Source: Hamiltosporidium tvaerminnensis FI-OER-3-3 (taxonomy: Eukaryota; Fungi; Microsporidia). From it: DNA of 64,000 nucleotides. Positions 51,163 to 61,249 of this stretch are shown piece by piece; positions within the stretch are counted from its first letter, which is position 1, and every line of letters starts with the position of its first letter. The stretch is from NCBI GenBank assembly GCA_022605425.2, contig JAKIMF020000004.1:620001-684000 (forward strand), in the 5' to 3' direction. The position numbers were made by a program, and so were the translations under genes. The notes below the pieces were generated by a model that saw only the letters and a list, made by a program, of their open reading frames with translations, had not been told where the DNA came from and searched no databases.

Positions 51163-53469
51163 TTTTATAACGATTTACATTCCAAAATCAAAGAAATAAT
51201 AACAACCAACAGCACACAATCACCCAACAAAAGAGAGTCAGAGGAAGCCCAAGCATACATATCAGAGAAAGCCCAAGCATACATATCAGAGGAAGCCCAA
51301 GAATATATATCAGAGGAAGCCCAAGCATATATATCAGATAAAACACAAGAATATATATCAGAGAAAGTACCAGACAATACACAGTGTAATATTAAACCAC
51401 ATCATTTGTTTAATAACACATATTATCTTCAATACGTTAAATACACACATCCTACACTTAACGAGTCAGAAATACTTTCTTTAATAAAAAACGAAGAAAT
51501 ATTATCTGTAATCAGAAGTAACCGTAACAAAGCAAGAATAGAGTATGATATAGGACATGAGGGGTGTGACAGTGATTGTAAAAGATGTGATAATGAGTAT
51601 AAGAGATCTGGTAATGAGTATAAAAGATGTGGTAATGAGGGTAACAGACGTGGTAATGAGTATAAGATATGTGATAATGAGTATAAAATATGTGGTAATG
51701 AGGGTAACAGATCTGATAATAAGTATAAAAGATGTGATAGAGTATGTAATATCAATAATAATTCTGTTTACCTCGTGTCTTATAGAAAAGTACCACAAAT
51801 ACAACTTCCTTCTTACTTTCTAACCGAAAGACAAAAAGAATTATTTAAAGAAGCTTTTATAGAAAACGGAAAGAATTTCGATAAGATAATAAGATATATT
51901 AACAGTAACATAGAATGTAAAGAAAGTAATTTAAATAAATTTGATCTTCCTAACCTTAGTAATACTAATAATAGCAATTATATTGGTAGTTATAATAACG
52001 ATAGTTGTAATAATAGTAATATCAATATCAATAATACTATTAATAGCAGTTATAATACTTGCAATACTATTAATAGCAGTTATAATACTTGCAATACTAT
52101 TAATAGTACTTGTACCAATAATACTATCAATAGTACTTATAATACTAATATTAATAATACTATCAATAGTACTTATAATACTAATATTAATAATACTATC
52201 AATAGTACTTATAATACTAATAATACTATTACTAGTAATAATACTTATACCAATCCACATACTCTACCTATCACACCACTAAAGATACACCAAGGTGTCT
52301 CATACTACTACGATAACAAAAAGAAACTAAAATATCTTATGAAGAAGAAAGTAGGTAGAATGACAGATATAGATATAAAACATATTATAGAATCTACATG
52401 GACATATAAAGATAAGAATTTATTTAATCATTTTTATACTATTTATGGTAAGATGTGGCATTTATATGGTAGTAGTATACCGTGTAAGACAGAGAAAGAT
52501 ATTAAGATGTATTATAGGTATTACAGGAAGTATGGTAATGTAGTAGGGGGTGAGAGTAGTGGAGGGGGTGATAGTATTAGTGTGGGTGGTAGTATAGATG
52601 TAGTAGGGGGTAATAATCATAGATTAGATAATAACTGTAATGTCTATAATAACTGTAATAATACTGTTATTGAGGGTAAGCCATTTAGAGATACAATGGA
52701 CAATACTTATTTTTTTTGTAGCAGTGATGTGTTGAGTATAAGAATGGCTATTAAAAGGTATAAAGAAGGTTGTGTAAATAATGGTAATGAAAGAGAGAAA
52801 CCTTATGATTTTAAAAGAATCATAGAGAATATATGTAAGGAGACATACAGTAGTATAAAGTTTAATGGAGGAGAAGGTGATGAAAATACAGTAGTAGGAG
52901 ATATAGTAGTTGAGGATGTAATAGTAGAGGGTGGAGATAAGAATGTAATAGAAGTAATAGAAGAGAATAAAGAAGAGAATAAAGAAGATATAATAGAACT
53001 TTGTAAGAATGAAGATAAGAAAGATTTAATAGATGATAAGGAATTAAATAATACCAACACAACCAAAACTCTCCAACATGCTACTCCGAGAAGAAAAAGA
53101 GTAAAAAGAATTCTTCCGGTGATAAAAAGAGGATTTATTAAGAAAATATCTAAACGTGATATTTTAAGTAAATGGAGTATAAATAACAGACAATTATTTG
53201 CTATTTATTTTCCGTATTTTAATAAGAATTGGGTGATGATGAGTGAGTATTTTAGTGATAAAAAAGCGGGTGATTTGCGTATTTATTATAGGCACTATTA
53301 TAAGAATTTAAGTATGAATGAACAGAAATTGGAACTTTCTTTAAGAGAGGTGGAAAGAGATTTGGATAGGGAGAGTGTTTCTGATGTAGGGGTGAGTTAT
53401 TGTAGAAGGGAGAGTGGTGTTGTGTATTTGGATATGTGTGGTATTATATTTGAAGGGAAGAAGAAATGA
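51160..53469 (+). CDS. Triple SANT/Myb-domain protein, Snt1/NCoR-like, with low-complexity insertions
   Basis: LTERQKELFKEAFIENGKNFDKI...GVSYYYDNKK; WTYKDKNLF...YGKMW...KTEKDIKMYY; WSINNRQLF...NKNW...KKAGDLRIYY. Confidence 0.8.
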   Translation: MFYNDLHSKIKEIITTNSTQSPNKRESEEAQAYISEKAQAYISEEAQEYISEEAQAYISDKTQEYISEKVPDNTQCNIKPHHLFNNTYYLQYVKYTHPTLNESEILSLIKNEEILSVIRSNRNKARIEYDIGHEGCDSDCKRCDNEYKRSGNEYKRCGNEGNRRGNEYKICDNEYKICGNEGNRSDNKYKRCDRVCNINNNSVYLVSYRKVPQIQLPSYFLTERQKELFKEAFIENGKNFDKIIRYINSNIECKESNLNKFDLPNLSNTNNSNYIGSYNNDSCNNSNININNTINSSYNTCNTINSSYNTCNTINSTCTNNTINSTYNTNINNTINSTYNTNINNTINSTYNTNNTITSNNTYTNPHTLPITPLKIHQGVSYYYDNKKKLKYLMKKKVGRMTDIDIKHIIESTWTYKDKNLFNHFYTIYGKMWHLYGSSIPCKTEKDIKMYYRYYRKYGNVVGGESSGGGDSISVGGSIDVVGGNNHRLDNNCNVYNNCNNTVIEGKPFRDTMDNTYFFCSSDVLSIRMAIKRYKEGCVNNGNEREKPYDFKRIIENICKETYSSIKFNGGEGDENTVVGDIVVEDVIVEGGDKNVIEVIEENKEENKEDIIELCKNEDKKDLIDDKELNNTNTTKTLQHATPRRKRVKRILPVIKRGFIKKISKRDILSKWSINNRQLFAIYFPYFNKNWVMMSEYFSDKKAGDLRIYYRHYYKNLSMNEQKLELSLREVERDLDRESVSDVGVSYCRRESGVVYLDMCGIIFEGKKK
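51238..51366 (+). repeat. Coding 24-bp tandem repeat (SEEAQAYI-like, 5 units)
   Basis: tcagaggaagcccaagcatacata units. Confidence 0.9.
51580..51738 (+). repeat. Coding 21-bp tandem repeat (KRCDNEY/KRCGNEG-like, about 7.5 units)
   Basis: aaaagatgtgataatgagtat units. Confidence 0.9.
52010..52250 (+). repeat. Coding Asn/Thr/Ile tandem repeats (27-33 bp units)
   Basis: Repeated aatactattaatagcagttataatact and aatactatcaatagtacttataatact. Confidence 0.85.
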
Positions 53470-53640
53470 GAGAGATTTTATGTATTATTGAGTTTTAGAA
53501 ATTACTTGATAATTGTATTTGAAGGATTCGAGTTTGAAGGGAAGAAGAAATGAAAGAGATTTTATGTATTTTTAAGTTTTAGAAATCAATTGATAATCAT
53601 ATTCGAAGCAGTAGAGTTAGATTTTTATGTATTATGAAGA
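53449..53640 (+). repeat. ~84-bp tandem duplication of the SANT gene's last codons, stop codon and 3' flank
   Basis: tttgaagggaagaagaaatga at 53449 and 53533, plus a partial third copy near 53617. Confidence 0.85.
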
Positions 53641-54369
53641 AATAGGTGTGAATTGTTATAGAGCTGTAATTGTTTTTATTGGATATATAAGTAATAGAAA
53701 TAAATGTTTGTTAATTTAAAGTTTTGGTTTTATAAAATATACGGTTAAATTTCTATTCGAAATAAAAATTCTTAAAATTAATGTAAATTACAAGAATTTT
53801 ATATTTTAATATTTCTTTATTTTTTTAAGCTGAGTTTATAATCTTATATGTGATTGAGGCATTACAGTAATGAGTAGAAATGGGCGTTAAAAAAACTGAT
53901 TACTTTTTTATTTTGGAGTATATATGACTTGATAAACAATTCCATTTAAGATAAGAGATTGTAAAGTAATTATAATTAAAAAGTCTATTTGTGTATCTTT
54001 ATAAGTTGAAATTCTAAGAACGAAAAAGGCCGATCAAAATTTGTGCTTCTGTATTCTTATTTTTAGAATGTATATTTCTCATCAGAATCATTGCACAGGA
54101 TAAGAAAACATAATTTATTTTTTGCTTTTACGATTTAAAAATTCAGAGCTAAGAAATTATTAAAAAATATAACGTTTAAATGAATGGATGCTATAACACA
54201 TATATTTTGCCCGTAAACAAATGTAATTTGAGGCCATTTTTTTATTTTGTTACAATGACAATATTTTAGAATTATTGAAGAAGATAATAAAATTTTTGCA
54301 AAAAGATTATTGAGCGAATGAGTACTAAGATATAGATGTATCTAAGATAAAAATATTTTAAAGAATGAA

Positions 54370-55049
54370 GAAAAAATTGATTTCATAGCCGAAGCGAGGT
54401 TTTTTTGTCAATTTAATTTGACACGAAATTATTTGTTTTCTATCCCAAAGATACAGTACGTTTGATCTAAACATAATTTTTAGAACACCATATTTTTCAA
54501 TGACTTCTCTCTGAAACTAATGGAAATTATAGACACGCAACTAAACGTCATATAACTGAGGCATGATATAAACGCCAAAATTTTATTTAAAGGAAAAACT
54601 GGATTTAAGATGTTATCATTTGTGTTTAAAACTCTATGAAAGAGTCAAAACTTGCTATTATTTTTATAAAGTTAGATAGCAGGAATATACTTGACTTTTA
54701 TTTGAAAATTTGTTTGTATTTATGGAAAAATTTAATCAAAAAGTAAAATTAACTTTTTTTTTGATAATGTACCATGACATACATCATGGCCTACAAAGAC
54801 TTTTTTTTGGCAAAATAGTATTCAAGTACATAAAATTATGTTAAATCTGGCATATTTATCCCATTTGAACAATTACGATTTGCAATAAAAATAATCCGAA
54901 CATTTGGCAAAAAGAATATAACAAATTTTTGCGAAACAGTAAATTCATTTGAAAAAAAAAACATTCGGCGTACAGACAAAAATCTTTATAATAGCATGCC
55001 ACACCCTACTAAAGAGGTATTTAAGCTCCGAAGAGGAAATACACATTAA
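54370..55049 (+). mobile_element. Decayed Tc1-family (DD34E) transposase
   Basis: DNVP*HTSWPTKTFFWQNSIQV from 54763 (cf. DNAPCHTS..TK.F...I.VL) and terminal SMPHPTKEVFKLRRGNTH* (cf. SMPRR..AVI.AKGG.TKY*). Confidence 0.65.
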
Positions 55050-56779
55050 AATATATATTTGCTTTTTTTTGTCAAATATTTTTAGATAAAACTTTAAAAA
55101 AAATATCATAAGCCTACATTATATTAAAATACCCATATTGTGTTAATTCACAATACTCAACACCATACATATGAACTTTAATAGCCATAAACTTGTAATT
55201 TAAAACAAAATCGATTTATCATTTTGTGCACATTCTTGTTTGTCAATCTATAATTAACCCTTTACAATTGTAAATTAAAAAAAATTTTTTTAAGTTTCTA
55301 TTTAAGTATTTTTTTAAATAAACATATTTATAATTCCAATGGATTTATTTAAAATTTTTATTTCCTAATTAGGCTAAAAGCAATACACATATGATTTATC
55401 AACCTAAAAAATATCCAATTTAATTTCATCCTCGCCTTATATTATTACTAGCCGCTAAGTCCTGATACACAATTAAATTATCAAAAATAGAAATACAGTA
55501 ACTATTTATCTAAAAATTCATTATCGAGACATAATTTTTGAATTAAGATTATATTATGCTTTCGTATGTCAGTTACTCGTATATTTTTTTTTCGTTTTTT
55601 CATATGTGAATTAGTAGTAGTCTAATTTGATTAGTCCTTAATAATAACCCAGATCTCTTTTACTCTGCCTATTTCTCTTTTAAATTAGTTGCTTTCATCG
55701 CCTCCAAAGCTTGGATCGATGTTTTCTGTCTATTCTATTCAGCCTAACTTCTATGTTTATTAAATTTCGTCGTCTTTCTCGTTCAATTATTCCGATGAAA
55801 AAAGGTTTAGCAATATACTACATGTTATAATACTTAATTCAAAAGTTGTATAACTTCCCAGTATTTTCAGTAAAATTATTTTAATTTAATTAGATATAAA
55901 ATTTCATCAGATAATTCAAGAAATAATCGTTATTACATACTTATCCAATGACATTACAGCCCATTAAGAGACCTAGCCTCATTACTATAAACTTTCATCT
56001 GTCACGATCAAGCGCCTCTCTTTTTCTTTCGTCCATATCAACGCTAGATAATTGTTATATGCAATTATCATTGTGGATATGAATATATTTCACATATAAA
56101 AGAAAATAAATTAATCTTATCATACAATAGTTTATGTATTTGTAAAATAGCTTAAAACAAAATTTTAACAATTTTTTTACATTAAATCTTACTTTAAAAA
56201 GCAAAACACAAAAAATGTAACAGATTAATGATCAATCTTGTTCATATGATTCATTAAAAAGGAGTTAGCAATAGTTATTGCAAATACTTTTTTGAATCAA
56301 AAAACATTTTTAGATGTTTCATGTTATAATTCTACATATTATTATTGGTTGTATAAGATTTATGAACAAATCATAAGAGTATATTTTTCCAAAGAATATT
56401 ATTGGTTTCTTACATTTTTCGAACCAATTAAACATTCAAAGAAATGTCATAGTCGTGACATTACACGAATATACAATAGATTTTTTAATCCATTGTTTCT
56501 TATACTGTAATCTGCATCCCAGTTACAAATAAGAATATTCTATTGATTGTATTGTTATAAAATCTCAATATTCTTATAGAATATATCAAACATTAATTTT
56601 CTTCTTCCTTTGCTAGTAGCAATAATCTTAAAAAGCACTTATAATTATGATTAGATTGGTATTAATACTCAATCGTATTACTTTCCTAAATTTTATTTAA
56701 AGTAAAAAATTTTAAAATATTTTATACCTCTCATTCAAAAAGACCGTATTCTGATCTTAAATAGTAAAATATATTTTAG

Positions 56780-56958
56780 TATAAAATATACCCCGACCCC
56801 TCTGTAACTTTTATCTCTTATTAATACCTCCTTCTACACTAATATAAATCCAAGGCCCCACCCCTCTCTATATCCTTTATTATTAACACCCTAACCGTAG
56901 TAATATATACCAACACCCCCCTTTCTACTTTATAAACTCTTACACTTCACCCCTCAAA
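56780..56958 (+). promoter_or_regulatory. C-tract-rich upstream region of NOP2 with reiterated CCC motifs
   Basis: Several AT-rich + CCC(C) blocks ending in cacccctcaaaATG; 21 C vs 2 G in 56821-56880. Confidence 0.6.
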
Positions 56959-57870
56959 ATGTTAGATTCTTACGACCCAAAATTAAAAGAAAAATTAGAA
57001 AATCTTTTCAATAAAAAAGAACTTCCTATTTACATACAAGAATCTCATAAACAACGCCTTCTTATACTAAGAAGTAATCCTTTAAAAATAAAAAGAAAAG
57101 ATCTTGCCAGACTTTTAATATCCCGTAATACAAATATAGATCCGTTAGAGATAACACCGTATACTCTTATAGTATATAACTCTAGTGTTCCATTAGGAGC
57201 AACACCAGAGTATTTAAGTGGTTATTACTGTATACAAGGAGCCTCTTCTCTTTTACCTGTAATTAACATGGATATACAATTAAATCATACTGTTATAGAT
57301 ATGTGTGCTGCACCAGGTCTCAAGTCTACACATATTTCTTCTTTATTACAGAATACAGGGGTATTATTTTGTTATGAAATAAATAATGAAAGGTGTATTT
57401 CCTTACGGTCTAATTTATATAGAATGGGGGTAACCAATTCTTTAATAATTAATTCGTGTGCTACTAATATTTCTATAAAAGCAGATAGAATATTGTTAGA
57501 TGCTCCGTGTTCTTGTACAGGGGTAGTTAGTAAGGACATGGGTGTTATTAATAAACCTTTAAATATTTTAGTACTTACTTCTTTACAGAAAAGGCTCATT
57601 TTAAAAGGGTTTGATTCTTTAAAAGCAAAAGGAATTTTGGTTTATTCTACTTGTTCTGTTCTTACAGAGGAGAATGAAGATGTGGTGGAGTATTTGTTAA
57701 GGAAAAGGAAGAATGCAGTGTTACAGGTTGTTAGTGGTGTAGGGGTGGATGGGTTTGTGTCTTTTAGAGGTAAGAATTATCATGGAAATATGAAGTATTG
57801 TAAGAGAGTTTATCCACATGTTCATAACATGGATGGGTTTTTTATAGCGAAGATATTCAAAGATAAATAA
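56959..57870 (+). CDS. NOP2: NOP2/NSUN1 rRNA cytosine-C5 methyltransferase (compact, catalytic domain only)
   Basis: GATPEYLSGYY, DMCAAPG.K, DRILLDAPCS.TGV, LVYSTCSVLTEENE, YPHVHNMDGFFIAK. Confidence 0.93.
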   Translation: MLDSYDPKLKEKLENLFNKKELPIYIQESHKQRLLILRSNPLKIKRKDLARLLISRNTNIDPLEITPYTLIVYNSSVPLGATPEYLSGYYCIQGASSLLPVINMDIQLNHTVIDMCAAPGLKSTHISSLLQNTGVLFCYEINNERCISLRSNLYRMGVTNSLIINSCATNISIKADRILLDAPCSCTGVVSKDMGVINKPLNILVLTSLQKRLILKGFDSLKAKGILVYSTCSVLTEENEDVVEYLLRKRKNAVLQVVSGVGVDGFVSFRGKNYHGNMKYCKRVYPHVHNMDGFFIAKIFKDK

Positions 57871-58175
57871 AGATTTTAATTAATTATTTGTTTATTTCTT
57901 TGTTTTTTTAAGAGAAATAAATATTTTGATTATTTATTTGTTTCTTGAATAAAAATAAGTATTTTAATAATTTTTTTGTTTTTCTAAAAGAAATAAGTAT
58001 TTTGTTTATTTTTTTGTTTTTTTAAGAAAAATAAATATTTTGTTTATTCTCGTTTTTTGAAGAGAAAGAAGTATTTTGTTTATTTCTTTGTTTTTGAATA
58101 AAAATAAGTATTTCGTTTATTTTTTTGTTTTTTTAAGAAAAATAAGTATTTGTTTATTTTTTTGTTTATTATTTG
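57864..58175. repeat. ~36-38-bp degenerate tandem array (about 8 units) starting at the NOP2 stop codon
   Basis: Consensus aaataagtattttgtttatttttttgtttttttaagaa. Confidence 0.85.
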
Positions 58176-58420
58176 TTAAACTCGAGTTGTTACAAATTAT
58201 TTAATTTGTATTTTAATTCTATATTCTTGCCATTTACAGTAAATTTTTACTCTATTTATATTTACACCTTTGTATTTTTACCGCTTATGTATATCCTAAC
58301 CTTAGTATTAACGCTAATATATTCATAAACATTGTTTTAAATATGCGTTTTATCAATTCTGTTACAGTTTTATTTCAGTTTCATTTAATATTTTATTTCT
58401 TAAATGTTTACATTTAACAT

Positions 58421-59236
58421 ATGAATTACAGAGCATTCATTTACTCTTTACTTTTAATGGAAATAACACTTTGTACTGTATGTAATGATATTAATGATGT
58501 TATAATGGGTGCAGGTATATATGTGCCTGATAATAAATCATGTACAAGTCATACCAGTGTAGCCAATAGCGGTAGTAGTGGTGCTGGTACGTATTCATCT
58601 AATACCCCTGTAACATACCAGTCTGGTGCAGGATCATACCCATCTAGTACTACACCAGTATCCCATTCGTCTGTACCACAGTATCCTTCTGTACCACAAT
58701 ATTCGTCTATGCCACAATACCCGTCTATGCCACAATACTCGTCTTTACCTTATCCGATGGCTTCATTAAATACAAACATGCAACCATCATCACAATTCAA
58801 CACTTTATCTCCTACGATGACACAACCACTATGTAATGAAAAAGACTATTCCTCAATGTGTGACAATACATCAGAACGAGACAAATTTAAGAAGTGTGTA
58901 AGCGATGCGCTAAGGAAACTTAGATCAGTTATAGATAATTGTAAAAAGACACTTGGAGATGTAAGTGAGTGCTGTATTAATGAAGAGTGCTTGGAATCGT
59001 TGAAGACTAAGAAAAAAGAGGAGTGTAAAGATAGTCTTGGATCTTTTATTTCATTTCTCAAGAAAAAGTTGAATAGAATTCAAAGAAAAAAGTCTTTTAA
59101 GAAGAAAAGTAAAAGAGGAAGGTTTGGTAGAGAAAGTGAAGATAGCGGATTTACTTCTGATTATGAAAGTGATAGATATGAAGGTCATAAAGAAAAGAAG
59201 GAAAAGAAGAAAGAATGTGAAGATCCGTGTGAATAA
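58421..59236 (+). CDS. Secreted Cys-rich protein with Ser/Pro repeats and a Lys-rich tail (candidate spore-wall, polar-tube or effector protein)
   Basis: Signal-like MNYRAFIYSLLLMEITLC; 18-bp repeats (S/P)S(V/M)PQY x4 at 58667-58738; Cys-rich helical core; basic KKKLNRIQRKKSFKKKSKRGR. Confidence 0.8.
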   Translation: MNYRAFIYSLLLMEITLCTVCNDINDVIMGAGIYVPDNKSCTSHTSVANSGSSGAGTYSSNTPVTYQSGAGSYPSSTTPVSHSSVPQYPSVPQYSSMPQYPSMPQYSSLPYPMASLNTNMQPSSQFNTLSPTMTQPLCNEKDYSSMCDNTSERDKFKKCVSDALRKLRSVIDNCKKTLGDVSECCINEECLESLKTKKKEECKDSLGSFISFLKKKLNRIQRKKSFKKKSKRGRFGRESEDSGFTSDYESDRYEGHKEKKEKKKECEDPCE

Positions 59237-60319
59237 GTTTGATGAAATATATAGAGATGTATGGAGATGTTGAAGAAAAGCTTGAATGCTTTTAAGATGA
59301 TCTGACAAAGTATACAGAAAGCGAAACGTTTGATTAGATAGAGGGTGATCAGACATGACCGGGTAGATAGAAAAATAGGGAGGTGTAAAGGAAATATGTA
59401 TTTACTTATGTATTGATGACTATAAGTTAATTCTAAAAAATATATTTTTATTGGAATAGTTTAAAAGCACAATTTTGAGGACCAGAAATATAGTCTAGCA
59501 ATACATGAGTATATGTTGTGTGAAAAAAATACCATAAAATTATTTATATAACCAATTTATTGAGACAAAGAAGAAAAATTTAGAAAAATAAAACTTATAA
59601 AACATATATTTAATTAATTATTTCTATATTATAATACTAATTTTGATTTGTTGTATTCTTTTATGTCTCTTTTAATCACTTATTAAATTATTTATAATTT
59701 TAATTAATTTTTTTTTCTTGCTTGATTTCGCTTCATAAAGAGTAAAATTCAAATGGTTTTTGCAATATTTTAAAATTTAAAATAAAACAATTGGATTTCA
59801 GAATTGACGATTACATTCAAATTTTTAGAAATTTAGAATTTAAAGTAAATTGGTTTTAACTGACATGTGAATGGTTAACAGGCAAGTAACTAAAACCCTA
59901 CTTTAGTAAAGTTTAAATAGAAATATAATTTAAAAAATCAAGAATGAATTATACACTCGAAAGTTACCCTAATATTAGTATTAAAGAATATGACACAAAT
60001 GTGTGTTACTCATAAAATAAATTTTAAATAGTTATGTTGATGACATAGCTTGTTTTTTTATCTAAATCAGAAAAAAATATATTATACGGTATTGTCGTTC
60101 TAAACACAAATTAATATATTTTTGATACTTATAAATTATTTTTGAATGGTTTGTATAAATTTTCTGTGTCGTGGTTTTAGAATCCCAAAAATATGTTTTA
60201 TTCTTACCAAGAAACAACTACCTTACACATTATTGATTTATATGAAAATGTTTATTTATAATCAGAAATTCAAATCTACAATAAACTCAACCTTATTTAC
60301 ATATATACTTAGTTTGAAT

Positions 60320-61081
60320 GTGAAGGGAAGATAGTCACAATAAAAACGTTCTACTTGGAAGTGCAGAGGTGAAATTGAAGCAAGAAATCATTGTTTGGAT
60401 TTTTAGTGGTAATAAAACCAGATTATATTTTCGGTTGTTCTTGTGAGCTTTTTTGAGGGAAAGAACGTCTTTGAAGTTGCAAAACTTTTTCTATAAATAT
60501 ATTTTGAAGTTTTTTCTGTAACTAGACTGCATGTCGAGCCAACTTTATACGTAATTGTCATGTATACCTCTAGAACTCGGCCTTACTCACTCGGATAAGA
60601 AGACTTGGCGCTTGATTGATATAAAAACAAAACAATTTAAAGCCGGAAAGCTAAGTAACGGATTATACACATTTTTAGACATTACAAAATTCAGATAAAC
60701 AGCATGCAAATCGCCAAGATATATCCTAGATAGAAATTTATGGGTTTTGAAGGTGTAAAGTTAAGCGGGAATACTGCATAACATTAGGGTCGGGGCATAT
60801 ATAGGTTTCGATCTGCTATCACATTCATGTAACGTATATTAACGAAACCCGGGCAACTACTTCGCCCATTAATTTGATTTTATACACCAGTTTGATAAAC
60901 GCTTTGGGATGTAGGTATCGTAGGGGGTACCGAGGAAGTGTTAGACGCAGACAGTCATGTTAAACCTAGAGCTGCGCTTATGCCATGAAAACAAATATAA
61001 CAATTTCCACGGTTAATAAAAGATGCATTGTTCAAATAAAAGATAAAAAAACGTCTTAAAAAGATTAAAATTAAAATTAAA
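60320..61081. repeat. Repeat family X, copy 4 (inverted, most diverged)
   Basis: The reverse complement aligns to copies 1 and 3 (aatcattgtttggattttt, aataaaacca, gaagacttggcgc, ggtatcgtagggggtaccga, taaacctaga). Ends in attaaaattaaaattaaa. Confidence 0.88.
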
Positions 61082-61249
61082 TTTTAAAGATTTATTTGCG
61101 ACAATACTGCTGTGTATCGTACCTCAAATGTAAAGAAATATTTTAAAATAAAGAATGCTTTTATTTTTTTGATAGCTAAACATAGAATTAAACATATGTT
61201 CTATGTTATAAATCATAATTTTAAGAAAATACTTATCCATTACTATTTA

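Noticed and set aside
52546-52610. G-quadruplex
   Set aside because: Loops of 13-19 nt; the G-runs are explained by the local skew.
51165-53066. Overlapping and antisense Ile/Leu/Ser-rich ORFs within the SANT gene
   Set aside because: By-products of tandem repeats and skewed composition.
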